Shown: positions 42,201-52,842 of the stretch, one piece after another
Layout of the letters: the number at the start of each line of letters is the position of its first letter
Position numbering within the stretch: the first letter of the stretch is position 1
NCBI RefSeq assembly: GCF_964355755.1
Contig: NC_092677.1
Location: forward strand, 23,051,175 to 23,115,174
Source: Antedon mediterranea
Taxonomy: Eukaryota > Animalia > Echinodermata
DNA length: 64,000 nucleotides
Direction of reading: 5' to 3'
Made by a program: the position numbers and the translations under genes
Notes under the pieces: model-generated
What the model was told of the DNA's origin: nothing
The model's database searches: none
The model's input: only the letters and a program-made list of their open reading frames with translations

Positions 42201-45200
42201 CCATTATCATCTACGCTATTGTGTTTTGCAGCCATAGTCTAGATTATGAAAAGTCTTTCCAGTGTGTAGAATTACAGTATAGGATTGAAAGGCTGTTTAT
42301 TCATTTATTTAGCCGTTGCTTTTAATTTAATTGCTTTTCTTTTTTCATTTTGGTAATCAACTTCTAGGATCTTCGAGCAGTTCTACTGTCGCCAGCTCCT
42401 ACAACAGTTCAATAAGCATGATAAGTAAAGGTTCTGAAGTTAGTGTAGTAACACCTGAACTAGTAACTGGACTATGCCGTGTCTTGCACAATCTGGTGTC
42501 TGTTGTGCCATCAGATACAAATACGTCCTTGACCAATAACTCCACTACAGAGATTATGCTAAGGTAAATAGTAGCAATGAGAATTGTCATGATCTTTAAA
42601 TATACACAAATCAGTTTAACTGGAAACCGAAGGCTTAGGCTGTGTTCGGACGTAAAATCAGTTACATGTGTAACTTTACATGTGTAATCAGTGATCGTTC
42701 GGACGATGAACAATTTACACGTGTGCACTAACAAAAAAATACCCAGCAGGGTCATATTTCATGCATCTCTTTACACTATTAAGGTCAAATTGCTCCTTAT
42801 CTTGCGGTTAATCAGCTTGCGGTTTAAGGTGTAATTAAAAAATCCACCTCATGAGGTGGATTTTTGAAACAGCAAGTTTATCTGAAAATTTGTACCACAC
42901 GTGACCATTACACTTGTAAATTTGTTCCGTCCGAACGGGCTCTTAGTTATTTTCTTGGGTAAGTTGGTTTCATTCATTGTCGCTGTAAGATAAATAAAAT
43001 ATCTAAGTCTGAATAGGCTTTAAGACATTGCATATTAGGCCCTCTACACACACATCATCCACAGTGCAGTGAATAGTATATTTTATGTAAATATTACCAC
43101 ATACTGAGTTTCAGATGTAACTTTATTTATGTGGACGGACTTTCACACACAGGTGGCCTGAGGAGAACCATATAATCTATTTCCCATGGCCTAAATACAA
43201 TCATACTTTCAAGATATCAGCTTGTATTTGCTTCTAATTTTTCATTTAAATATGTAGGTTAATTGATGTGAAGTTACTTGATGGGTACCTGAAAGATCTC
43301 ACGGCTTCCAAAATTTACTCTACAAGAATTTTACAACATCATTTAGTTATGGTGGCTCAAATACTTGATCTAATCTTATGCCAGATTATCAACGATCATG
43401 ATAATATTAAGAAATTAGTAGGATTTAATCTGCTTCCAAAATGCTGTGGTCTTCTTGCTCTAAATGTTGCAGCTATACTTGGTGAGTCAAGTCAAATCTT
43501 TCTTTAGTTGTTAGATTCAAGCACATTTATTATCAAGATTGTCTCTGTAAATTGTTGATTTTAATATTTCCCGATCACTAATATCCCTATTCAGGCATTG
43601 CGATCACTCTAGCAATTGCGAAATCCAAGGTCATTCATGGGAACCAATCACAAACATATTAGTTTACTACTGTAGGCCTAGACCATAGACATATAAATTA
43701 GGTCTAGTAGAGCATTTGTAAAATTGAAATTAATATTGTTGCAATGCATTCAACAACAAATTAATTACAATCGATCACAATGCGATGCATGTCTGAATAT
43801 GGTACAGTATTATTCTAATTAAAAAAACTATACTACTACAGTATTTTTACTACTTTTTTTTTTATATATCTGTTTTCTTTTGTAGACTCTCCACTACATG
43901 ATCTACTTATGAGAGTATGGCAGTGTGTGTTTGCCATTTTCTCCACCATGATCAGGCTAAACGCTGCTTACAGTACAGAACAACTGCAAAATGTCCTTAG
44001 TAAATGTTGGCCCAGAACTACAGGTTAAAACAAAGATCTGTTTTTTCTTTCTCCACAGCAATAAGATATTAATAAAAAAACAACTCACAGTTATTTTAGA
44101 TCTAGATTCAGATTGGAGTAATTATAATTCTGTTTGAACATTCCTGTATGGACAATTGGCATATGTTGATGACTCTCATAACGGACACTCATTCAAAAGC
44201 CTGTGCATTTTGTACCTAAGCGGACACCGTCTGTAATCTACCACAGATTCTTTTTACCATACAATTTAGATTTTCCTGTATAATAATATACCTCCTGTAG
44301 TTTTTGGAATACAATTTCTATACAATATTTACATTACTTTAGAAATGAAATGTGTAAAAAAATTGTTTTATATTTATTTTCTAGACTGTATTGTACATGT
44401 TTTGAAGGTACCAACATATTCAGCAACAAGGATAGCTTCTCTGCATTTTCTGGCTCATCTTTTTTCATACGAAGGACAAGATAACAGTGTAGAGACTAAT
44501 GCAGATTTAACAAAGGCTATTATTGATTTACTTGATGAATCTGTACAATATAATGGAGGTACTATACAATTTAACTATTCTACTTTACTGAGTGATACTA
44601 CATTATTGCTTTTAATTGATATTAATGTTTAGATATTATTATAGATTCCATAGCAAGTGGAAGTACTTTATGTGAGGTGATATTGCAAGGCTATGATGGT
44701 ACCCTTCCTAAATCTCTAGGTTCTTCGCAACAAGAAGAGAACATGGCCATCTACCAGGCATTGAAGACACTGCTAGCTGTATGCAACACCGCTAAGGATA
44801 CAGCTATGAAAGGTAATCTCAGATTACATTGACAATTATCATACATGAAAAATGTTCATATTAGGCCCTCTATGGTGTCACTGTCACATTCATGGTGAAA
44901 ATCTTTTACTTATTGTATCATACACTGATCAACAAAGCATTCAAAGGACGAGACAATAAAAGTAGGGCATGTTTTATCCTTTTTAAGCTATATATACTGG
45001 GTAAATTAAAATTGAATTTAATAATATTGATTTTTTCTTCAGCTGGCCTTCTTGATAGTTTAGTAAGCAACATGAAGTTTATACAAGAAAAGCTGAAAAT
45101 TGAAGCATTAAAAATGGCAAAACACTCGAAAAAGAAGGTGCATATCAACTTTTAAAACTTTTCTTTGTTTTTACATTTAATTAAAAGTTAGATCTGTCTA

Positions 45201-48200
45201 CATTTAAAGAGCCAGAGTAAAACAATACAGTAAATAGTTATACAGTTTGATTTGCGAACATCAACAGCCTACAGTAGCTGTGTTTTTCGTGTGATTGCTC
45301 ATTGTGTAACAACAATAACAAAATTCAATGGGAATATACCAAAATTGAATGCAAAATGGAGTAGTTATTGAATATCATGTGACCCACAATCTTCCAATCA
45401 TATGATAGGAATCTACTCAGATGTGTTGTAAACAGTATTAGGTTATTGTTTAAGGAATTCAAACTGCATGGCCATTGACATTATATTTGTGATTTATTTA
45501 TGTTTTTTACAGGATGATCCATTGATTTCTGAGCTCATTTCAGCTTTTAACCTGCTTCAGAATTTCATGTTTGCAAGCACAGAAATCAAGGTAAGAATTA
45601 GAAGAAAAACTATAGTAAAATTGTTTTGAAGGAGTTGTCAACATGTGCAGCATTGTTGGTATTATCAGCTGCCAATGATACAAAAGTGGTTAGTGGTATC
45701 CAGTTCTTTCTCTTTAATTAAGTAAGGATAATGAAGTAATTATGTTATTAACACTTTAGATGGCAGGCTATCTTGTTGGACTAAGTGGACTAATCCAAAG
45801 CTTGTGGTCATGGTGCCTACTGGAGCAGCCATTGTTGCTATGTGTGCTTAACTTTATGTCTACATACACAGCCAAGTGCCCCACAGGTAAACATTTAATC
45901 AAACAATATTATAATAACTATTATTATAACTATTGATTAATATCAATAGTTTTTGTAATGTTGTATTTAATCCAATAATATCGTCATTGGTTTCGAGGCC
46001 AACTCGCTCCTAGCTCTAGTGTGGTGGAACAAGTCTTCTCGGATAAAGACTAGAAAACCATAGAATACATAGTTTAAAAGTGTATGCACAGTTTATCATT
46101 CAAGATGAGTAGTGGGTTACCCCAGTGAACTTGTGCACAAAAAATCCCACACAGGGGATTACCACCTATTTGATAGGACAGTATATAGATTTGATAGATT
46201 GTACATTTAGGAAACATTTATATTTTGTACCCAGTTAGCATCATTATAATTATATTTTAACGGATTTTAACCTCTACTTTCTTATCAATGTTATGTATCT
46301 CTAAACATTTAACATATTTGCATGTAGTGTGTATATCTATGGCTTCAACCCCTGCTGGACATAGTGGAATCTCCCTCCTTCACAGTCTCATCAAGCTTGC
46401 AGACCGAGAACGGGTCAAGACCATTTCAAACAAAGGGGAGGATACAGAAGTACAGCAGCAACTTTTCAATGTTCTTGGTAATTTGATGTGGTCTGCTGAA
46501 TGTAGAAGTATACTATGGAAGAGTAACTTCTTGCAGGGTTTTATAGAGGTAACACCGGCAAAGAGAGGCAAGGATATGCAGAGTAAAGTGCTCAATTCGC
46601 AGCGCTGGTTACATCTACTCACTAATCTTAGTTTCTCGACTGAAGGGCAGATTATGATTATGAGGATTACAGGTAAGAGAACATGCTGAAAATGTTCATT
46701 AATGTGTGAGCCGGGCCTAAAAATTGACCTTATGCATTGAAATGTTCTAAATTTAGCGGAACCGGGCCAGCTGGATCTACCATTGGTTTTGTACAATTGT
46801 CCAGATATGGTATTGCATTCGCACCAAAGAGCTAGTAAAGCCAGAATTTTGCTTAGGTGTCCGCATAGGTTGCACCACCAATCAACCGTAAAAGCATTGG
46901 TGTACCTGCACTTAATTTAGGCTGCTTTGTTGGCCTTTTTCAAATGTTCTCATTTTACGTGCATCTAGCAATTCAATGACCTGCCATTTACATTTTAAAA
47001 AACTATTAAATAACAAATATCGATGTCTTTTTCTTTTTTCTGTGTTTGTATTATCGGGATTGCAATCACCTTTTGACATCATGAGTCATCTCCTCCTTTT
47101 TACCTCGCGCTGTCAATTGATCAACTCGCCAGTTTGGCTAAGTAAGCTAAATTCAACTTCCCTCCCTCTTCTCCTTCATCATGTTTTCAGTTATCAATTT
47201 TTTTAAGACGTGTATACAGCCTTTTTCAGAGCATCCCAATGTTCATTTTGTATGTTCTCCTTATACATGCATGTTGCAACAAGACTTGCCATTCATATTT
47301 TAAAAACTATTTACTAACCAATGTCAAAGTTGTTCCCTTTTTTCTGTGTTAATAATAGTTATGCTTTTACTTTCTTATAGGTTCTTTGGAGCTGCTACTT
47401 GAATATGCCATGTTACCAAACACTGGTGTAAGCCAACCTGCACTTATGATTATCCGCAACTTGTGTTTCAACACCACCAATAAACCAAAGCTTCTAGCTT
47501 CTGGTAAGCATACACTTTTTATGAGGACTTTTAAAAATTGTTAAATTGTTAAAACAAATATATTATGATATTAAACAACAAACTATTGGGTTATTCACAT
47601 AAAAATATTTCTAGATATAATAAATCCAGGTTAAAGCCCCATTCCCTACGTTTTTTAGATGTAATTTAAGATCACAAACTATATTTAATGTAAAAATAAT
47701 ACTATATGGTCCTATTCCGATAACTTTTTTCGTCTTTAAACGGTTAAAAATGTGAAAAATAAGTCGATTTTAATAATTATAGCGGCCCGCTATAAATCCC
47801 AAAATGCATTGCGCGCGGATTGATATTTTTGTTTTTCACCTGTAATTCGCCCACTTTTCGATCGATCGTGAGGCCAAAACAAATGGAAGACTCCTAACTT
47901 TTCAGCGAAAATACCGGGTTTTCCCCAATTTGTATCAACGGAGTCTGGCAAAAATAGAAAGACAATTGATGCAGCAACTATACAACGTCAGGCTAGGTAT
48001 ATAGCTAGCGTACGATGTTCGCACGTTACCGATGTTTACCAGCTAGGCCTACAAAACTAAGCCTAGCCAGGCTAGGCCTAAGACCGTCCACGAGAGGTCG
48101 ATCGCCGCGAGCTACTTAGGTAGTGCATTGTTTCTCACTTTTTATCATAATTTACCATAAAACGTACATTTAAGACAAGGAATGACATGGTTTAATGTTT

Positions 48201-48730
48201 TTAAAGTGATATATATGTATTATTTTCCAAAAAACGTCCAAAATTGCAGGGAAGGGGTCTTTAATATTTACAAAATTTAGTGATGAAAATTAAAATTTGA
48301 TTATTAATAAATGTTATTATTTACAGTATTTCATGTAATTTCATTTAGATAAAGTGGTAAAGTTCCTAATGTCTCAGCTACATGCAGATTCCTTAAATTC
48401 CAGGCACATAGCATCTACCGCTTTATGGTCATTGGCAACAAACAGTCAGAAGGTAATGTAATTTTCAGTTGAGGATTCCTTCTCTGAATTACACTAAATA
48501 ACATTTCTTGTAATATATTATTAATAGTAGTAGTATTTACACACATATTTACTCTTTTCTGTTTTATTTAGGCTAAAGTAGCCTTGAAAAATTCTGGACT
48601 TGCTCAACAGGTTCTGCAAGCAGAGGCTAAACTGAAGGTTGAACAAGCATCCCCATACAACCAGGAGGTGACATTGTTTATGCAGTACCAACAAGCATTG
48701 AAGAATATATTGAACATTGTTATGGAATAG
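277..48730 (+). CDS. RTTN: Rotatin (centriole/cilium ARM-repeat protein), multi-exon, 5' end lies upstream of the window
   Basis: 37 GT-AG exons joined in frame (5702 nt, ~1900 codons): 277-421, 1063-1333, 1915-2085, 2310-2522, 2902-3011, 3394-3511, 3724-3843, 4400-4516, 4653-4786, 5355-5523, 6617-6716, 7541-7641, 7946-8066, 8992-9142, 18831-19019, 19207-19455, 20136-20435, 27296-27433, 27912-27987, 35668-35898, 36200-36358, 37065-37175, 38381-38546, 40509-40543, 40949-41024, 42368-42563, 43258-43481, 43886-44023, 44385-44558, 44645(or 44633)-44812, 45043-45137, 45513-45590, 45760-45886, 46328-46672, 47381-47503, 48349-48452, 48572-48730 (TAG). Peptides recalling vertebrate rotatin: RPSVVG..GDGQD, LRKSALEQ, HFYDLPSLERTL, AMSYMGKGVTKS, GGLW..LLDHSECSLVR, WQGPCVQDED, NLSFSTEGQIMI, NLCFNTTNKPKLLA. 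Confidence 0.93.
637..1015 (+). mobile_element. tRNA-derived SINE with Deu/Nin-like core
   Basis: A box TGGCCGAGCCG and B box GGTTCGAGGC. Central GGATAAGGACTATAAACCGTAGGTCC...CACTTTAAAGACCC...GAGTAGGGG..CCCGGTGT resembles the DeuSINE core. L2-like 3' end (AGCGCTATATAAAT) and AT-rich tail. Confidence 0.75.
4055..4365 (-). mobile_element. Degraded copy of the same SINE family, inverted
   Basis: Reverse complement shows GAGTGGTCGAGCGGTTAAGG (A box), GGTTCAAG, GGAGGTCCAGTGTAC and GTGCACTTTAAAGAAC, matching 637-1015. Confidence 0.6.
4895..4995 (+). mobile_element. Penelope-like terminal remnant with hammerhead-type core
   Basis: CTGAGGA-T-GATCAA-agcata-TTGATC-GAAAC at 4902-4932, the CUGANGA/stem II/GAAA arrangement known from Penelope-associated hammerheads. 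Confidence 0.45.
5726..6060 (-). mobile_element. LINE 3' end fragment (L2/Rex-like) with (ATCTT)n tail
   Basis: Minus frame HPLHKVI..PSGRLRLLSVKTNRFAKSFIP; (TAAGA)6 microsatellite at 5726-5757. Confidence 0.6.
6801..7336. mobile_element. Tc1/mariner-pogo type MITE
   Basis: TIR CAGTAGAACCT / AGGTTCTACTG flanked by TA on both sides; subterminal TTTTACG repeats. Confidence 0.85.
10417..11760 (-). mobile_element. KolobokP-type DDD/E transposase, degraded
   Basis: Frame-broken peptides SQPLVQKIAKGNLELAASILF, FELVQVSET..NMER, FDIFHVVKSITKKL, NHLWWCCATCNGD, KWLSVLQHVCNIHE, WLTPGSDAHDAL. Confidence 0.7.
12060..12260 (-). mobile_element. BEL/Pao integrase fragment
   Basis: LVTLIAEFMDIINS*PLVAVSTDPDDPTILTPAMLLTQK, the typical BEL integrase end motif. 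Confidence 0.75.
12430..13320 (-). mobile_element. pogo/Tigger (DDE_1, CENP-B-like) transposase fragment; its 3' part is duplicated at ~9630-10240
   Basis: GWFEMETFEQWF..KLLIGDNL and TLPPNPTHLTQPLDVAFFRP. 12667-12842 is nearly identical to parts of 9961-10220. Confidence 0.8.
13963..14480 (-). mobile_element. P2X7 C-terminal ballast/nanor-like (KolX) gene fragment, two exons; KolobokP accessory protein
   Basis: CTCGNCKIMQSFEECLCCTE..CITGYPGFHANCLDVWALQ (14480-14239), GT-AG intron, then WTHGYMDRSNRVIIPACVVSRIQNTFSSEQYTGFK..* (14090-13963). Confidence 0.8.
14846..15322 (-). other. Unidentified 158-aa reading frame within a ~1.4-kb decayed coding-like segment (14530-15950)
   Basis: Open frame of protein-like composition in AT-rich intron DNA; flanking frames are broken by few stops; no family recognised. 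Confidence 0.35.
15960..17060 (-). mobile_element. Internally deleted LTR retroelement (BEL/Pao-like)
   Basis: ~105-bp direct repeats at 15960-16065 and 16875-17060 (the second expanded by a 30-bp unit x3). GGGGAGGAG polypurine tract near 16125-16134. Degenerate FWP..RVI..GLD.SV..VKAG motif resembling the BEL C-terminal domain. Confidence 0.55.
17777..18800 (-). mobile_element. LINE (CR1/L2 group) reverse transcriptase fragment
   Basis: QFAFRKNHST..FLDISKCFDIIDH and GIP*GSSLGPILFLIFINDI..FADN; (TAAA)n tail at ~17777-17800. Confidence 0.85.
19668..19890. repeat. 55-bp tandem repeat, 4 near-identical copies
   Basis: Unit GCTGTAGGCACTGAACATGCATGAACTTGGCCTAGCAGAGTGGCACAGTTTGGCT. Confidence 0.95.
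21550..22290 (-). mobile_element. KolobokP-type transposase fragment (copy 1; copy 2 at ~24970-25710)
   Basis: AKYGTYTLME..DFELVQSSEVKNSVAMEKEGF..IATDR..QLDVW and FCHTGNLESYHSTMLKYCPKRLHF..ARTQLAAIDHN. Confidence 0.8.
22820..23770 (-). mobile_element. BEL/Pao gag (DUF1759-like) fragment (copy 2 at ~26260-27103)
   Basis: PTLPLF..EFALLKIALD, YKYQVLL..PYTKAMSALQEKYGQPRQL..LVGML..ELQCGSHIDRLISKL. Confidence 0.8.
28313..28980 (-). mobile_element. piggyBac (PGBD4-like) transposase fragment; 3' part duplicated at 31792-32153
   Basis: GTHVCGTLRNNRG, YNEFNSGVDK, and C-terminal cysteine-rich ETRYVCSSCNVPL..CFTRFH. Confidence 0.8.
29700..29992 (+). mobile_element. RTE-type LINE 3' end
   Basis: ORF end LKELANERSDWKKLV..* followed immediately by a (TAA)n tail. 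Confidence 0.6.
30480..31180 (-). mobile_element. Gypsy LTR retrotransposon pol C-terminal fragment
   Basis: RRNRPLARCKIQDKWS..VVARPSPNVYIVEP, matching the post-integrase SH3-like region. Confidence 0.65.
32270..32600 (-). mobile_element. DIRS-type retrotransposon ORF1 (gag-like) fragment
   Basis: PKVNPIIWENL..RSKDLQLQRIQ..ALALTAHINFELNMLRRETMKGELN. Confidence 0.7.
33660..33815 (-). mobile_element. BEL/Pao C-terminal (DUF5641-like) fragment
   Basis: KWSVQKRDVRVDDVVMLADSNAVRGKWTIAKITDVYTG. Confidence 0.8.
34495..34970 (-). mobile_element. Myb/SANT-like DNA-binding protein fragment (PIF/Harbinger accessory ORF); second copy at ~31400-31790
   Basis: MTKRVQWKESEIHDLI..IQTKIKGLRCVYKAVQDKLNKSGAG..FLYYEEINNIIGHRP. 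Confidence 0.7.
36373..36960 (-). mobile_element. LINE (L2/Crack-like) 3' fragment
   Basis: YAVSSWYCG..KNKLQVTQNKIVRFIL..APYLNEHF; (AAAC)n tail at ~36373-36390. Confidence 0.75.
37192..38178 (-). mobile_element. Solo LTR (987 bp)
   Basis: TGTCAC...GTGACA termini flanked by a perfect 5-bp TSD GTCCT (37187-37191 and 38179-38183). Strand is inferred only from a TAGCGCCCTCT motif near the right end. Confidence 0.85.
38690..40340 (-). mobile_element. Collapsed BEL/Pao element fragments
   Basis: gag-like RKIISKLPYRL fused directly to the C-terminal GDGLVRLVKVKTQSSLFVRPITKIVPLE. Short direct repeat AACTAAACACGGATGTA at ~38704 and ~39759. Confidence 0.7.
40881..40922. repeat. Perfect 42-bp palindrome
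   Basis: TGTTAGTGCAAGTACATACTT-AAGTATGTACTTGCACTAACA, with no spacer. Confidence 0.95.
41140..41686. mobile_element. Kolobok-type non-autonomous element (TTAA TSD)
   Basis: TTAA-AGATGTATTGTCCCTT...AAGGGACAATACATCT-TTAA; 16-bp perfect TIR; 547 bp. Confidence 0.85.
42638..42942. mobile_element. PIF/Harbinger (Tourist-like) MITE
   Basis: TTA TSD; imperfect TIR GGCTGTGTTCGGACG / CGTCCGAACGGGCTC; internal palindrome AAAAATCCACCTCATGAGGTGGATTTTT. Confidence 0.75.
45985..46140 (+). mobile_element. Degraded SINE copy
   Basis: TTCGAGGCCAACTCGCTCC..AAGTCTTCTCGGATAAAGACTAGAAACC, similar to 700-780. Confidence 0.6.
47635..48260. mobile_element. Kolobok-type non-autonomous element (TTAA TSD)
   Basis: TTAA-AGCCCCATTCCCT...AGGGAAGGGGTCT-TTAA; imperfect TIR; 626 bp. 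Confidence 0.7.
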
Positions 48731-48816
48731 GATAATTACTGAATTGACTCTGTCCAATTACCGCTAAAAGTTTATTCATATAAGAGGAGGAATACTTCTG
48801 CATTCCAATGTTGAGA

Positions 48817-48833
48817 AATAAAACTCAAATAAA
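48817..48833 (+). terminator. Candidate polyadenylation signals of RTTN
   Basis: Two AATAAA hexamers ~90-100 nt after the RTTN stop codon. Confidence 0.45.
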
Positions 48834-49287
48834 ATCTAAATTAGTGTTGCAATTAAACATTGCTTCTTTATGTTACTGTAATCTCACTGTACAAACTGTC
48901 ATACTGTAGTAATCATGCATGATTTAACCTGCACTTGGCAAAATAATAGTTTGGTATAGTTTGTAGTTCATAAAAAATTTACACTTTGTCTATAAGACTT
49001 TGTGACTTTGTATTTTCTTATGTAAATAAATTTTGTTTTTTGCCTGTGAAAATGGTTTCCTGATTTCTCTGTGAATTATTCTTTAAAAAGTCACATATGA
49101 TGGCGAGACCTACTGTACATTTTGGTGGATTGATCTTGTAATTTCTTTGTAGCTGAAAACGTGGATGATGGACAAAATTAAATGTTGCAACTTGACCAGC
49201 AAATGATTTAGTTATTTGATTGGCTGCGAATTCATTGTCCGTGGGGAAAAAGTCACTCGCATAATTTTGTATGCACATAATCACCTG

Positions 49288-52115
49288 CAGGGGTGTTTCC
49301 CCCAGTTGCCCGGGCAACACCCTTAATTTCATAGTAAATGTTTTTTTCTGACACTAAATTAAAATTTAGATCCCATTTCATCATATTATCTTCATTTCCC
49401 TACTTCTTGTGTATCGTTCGTTTCAGAGTGAGTTAAGGGTGGGGAGTTGGGTCGAATAAATAATTGGTATACCATGTGCATGTACCAGAACCTCGATCCC
49501 CGCATAGTATTGTTTTCAGAAACAATACATTGCCGAGGTTCTTTAGAGTCGCTGGCTACAAAATTACAGTAGACTGTTGAGTCGAAATAGGTGTTTGTTT
49601 ACGTTGAGGAAAAAGTGTATTTTTTTTGTATGGAGGGTATGATGTTACATACCATGCTATTAGGATTTTTTTTTAAACAGAAATGTTTGCGTGTGAACAA
49701 TAATACTTAAAACTCGTTTTGCTATGAAATCTTGTTTAATTCACATTTTGAAATACAAATATCATGAAAGTTAAAAAAACCCACTATTGGTTGTCTGCTG
49801 CAGCATCCGGGATAGTTCTGCTGTTTCGCCAACGGTGGCGGCGAGGTTGGGCAGTAGTACCTTCATGTTGATTACTGCCTACTGTTCCTTTATCACCATC
49901 AATGGTTGGCGTCGTGGTCTCGTCACGACGTGCCATTACATCTCCTTGGTGTTGGTTCGTTGTTCCATCACCAGCACTGTGATCCATTGCTCTATTCCTA
50001 TCTTCGATCTTAACTAACTGTCGTCTAGTCAGTAACGCCTGGAACTCCTCATTTGAGCGGGAATGTCCAACTTCTTGAACATCGGCTACACTATTAGCAT
50101 GATTAAATTTACGTTGCCTGATTTCAACTATGTATTCGCATAGCTGTGCAAATTCTTCCTCTGCTTCGCGTTTCATTTCCATCCTCATTTCTTTTCTCAG
50201 AAAATATCTCTTTCTAAAACCGTCATCTGGGAAAATCTGTAAATTCTTCGCATTTTCATCACGTTTTCTTGATTTCAAACTCATTTAGTATGCGTGTGCA
50301 CACATCCGACGTCTGTTTTCATAATATTGTATTTTTTCATCTGTTGTTCCTCCGGGGAAAGCACCAGCCGGTGTTTCTTGTAAATTTTTAACTCGTCTAT
50401 CGGCTAAGTCGACGTAATCGGACATCAGATCAGTAAACCGTTTAATCTCAGAACGGGCACTTACTAGCAAGTTTCTGATTGTTCCAGCATCAGAATCATT
50501 TGTTGAATTTACTGGAACTTGTTTAGGTCTTCTAAACGATGACGGTAATTCGAGAGAGCGCTCTCGGTTGTTCGGTTCATGTCTACGAGGTGTCCCAGAC
50601 TTAATTTGACCCGCATTCACTAGTAAAACGTGCGCGTACCAACACAGATCGGAAATGATGAGCGCGCGTGTCACAGTGCAATGTGCAATTTGGAATTTGT
50701 TCAAATGGAGCGAACCCAAAATGCGCAGACAGAAAGTGGGGAAACACCAATGGAATACGTCTTGCTGAAGTTGCACAGCTTCTTCAATAACGATTTGGAA
50801 GCCGTGGACAGCATGTGTAGCGAGAAATTGAGTCGAGATGACCCATTTACCCTCCTACCACACTATCTTATATACGAATAATGCCTAGTGTGAGACAATA
50901 CAAAAGAGACAGAGGGAATAAATTGCTTAATTTAGAATGAGCAGAGTGTCTGTTCAATTTGAAAAGACCCCCTTTCCCGGTTTATTTTTGCCGGTTGCAT
51001 TCAGCAACAACTAGATGGTACGCTGGTCGTGTCCACAAATGGTTTTTGAATACTCAGTAATTTCAGCGTAAAAAAAACTGGCGATTTCAAATGTACGTAC
51101 CGCAGGACATTGTCGTTTACAGAACGAATAAATAGACACGATGATTTATGTAGTCAACTAAAATTAGCACCCTGGGAATTAGGCCTACTTCCGAAGGAGA
51201 AACTCTTCTTAAAAATGAGTCCAAATTTTTTATTTGAACTCATTTAAACAAACCCAATTTGTGTTTTGTATATAACATTAGAGTTGAGGGATGGGGAAGA
51301 GGATGGGAAGTACAATTTTTAAATATATTCTTTATTCCCTCAGTAACGAAATTGTTTTAAATGTTTTATAGGCCTATCAATAATATACCACTAAATACAG
51401 TAAAACATTTACGATTTAATACTTTTTTAAAACTATCCCTGTTATAGTCGATTGAAATAGTAAAGTACATTTAACGATACACCACTACGACGTTTATATT
51501 TTTTATAATTATTAATTAATACAAACGTTGAGAAGCAACTGTCAGTAATACAGTTTTTATATTCAACATTATGATACTGAACTCGAGCTGTTCAACCGGT
51601 TTTCAGCTATTAAAAACAATTTTCGTAGGAGGAGATTTTTCAAGAGGACAGTGTATACCACGATCGGAAAATACCACGATCGGAAAATACCCCTATTTGG
51701 GGCAAATCGTTGAACCTAAATTCGTTTTAATTGTCAGGTGGTTAAAATCAGTACCGAGATTCTAACCAACTTTATATACCATCGAGTAAACATTCTAGAA
51801 ATAACGCGCGATTTACCGAATTTTGCCCTTACGTAAATTTATATATAGATTATTAATTGATAATTATTAATTTGTATTCAATGATTTTAATTGCTAGAAT
51901 TTATTAAATTACCGGAAGTACCTACCAAACAATGTTATCCTATTGTTTTTCGCTTGTTTTTTACCGGCGGAAAAAATAGGCGTGATACGATCTGTTTGCT
52001 ATACTGTGTAGCCCGATAAAAATTCCCTCGCCACAGGCCCCACCATATGGGGGGGGGGGGAGGAATACTCAGTGTCTATGGCAACCCCCTTAAAATAGTT
52101 CTGCGACCGCCCCTG
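49288..52115. mobile_element. Putative DNA transposon insertion (CAGGGG termini, 5-bp TSD) carrying an orphan reading frame
   Basis: ACCTG-CAGGGG...CCCCTG-ACCTG. Internal minus-strand frames 50776-50285 and 50284-49784. Confidence 0.5.
49784..50776 (-). other. Orphan reading frame(s): 163-aa and 166-aa ORFs in one frame separated by a single TAA
   Basis: TAA (50287-50285) directly abuts ATG (50284-50282). Charged, helical-looking sequence; no family recognised. Confidence 0.4.
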
Positions 52116-52842
52116 ACCTGCCACAATTTTTTCTGCATAATTACAGCACATTTTTAAATCTCCAAAATATCATTTAAAATATGAACTAAAATGTGCAAAT
52201 ATTATATATCATCTTATGACGTCAAACGATCAAATTGTGATCAAATCAATTCGCTAGCTATTGAACTTTCCACAAAACAACATACAACATATAAGTGGAA
52301 GGACACATGGAAAATTCTACTTTTCTCTTTATTCAAGATGCCTTGAATTATACAAAAACTTTATAAAGTTTAGAGAAATAAATGTACATGTGTTTCTATA
52401 CCAATATTTATCATTTTTGTTAGACTGACTCGGAGTGAAAAGATATTTTATTTTTTATTTATTCATATTACATTAAGGATAGTAATAATCAAGTTCATTC
52501 ACTACAATGTTCAGAAACAAGATGCTCAACATAAATAAAGTCTTCAACAAATCTTTGGGGTAAAGTTTGTATTTCTGTAAGAAAAAATCCAGATATCTGA
52601 CTGGATTTGTAGCAGAGCAACTTAACCACCAAGCTACAACTTGACATTAAAATAATAATTATAATAATAATCAAAAAATGTATTGCCAATATGCAGAATA
52701 ACCAGATGATTATCTTATCATGTTTACAGACAGGTGGTCAGGTAGGTTTAGTAACTATCTTTTGGATGATATGTAAAAATTAAAATCTTCCAATTACTGG
52801 GAAATTACATTAAAACATTTACGGTGATTGGATATTTAAAGA

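Noticed and set aside
46380-46796. 138-aa minus-strand ORF
   Set aside because: Antisense to RTTN exon 46328-46672.
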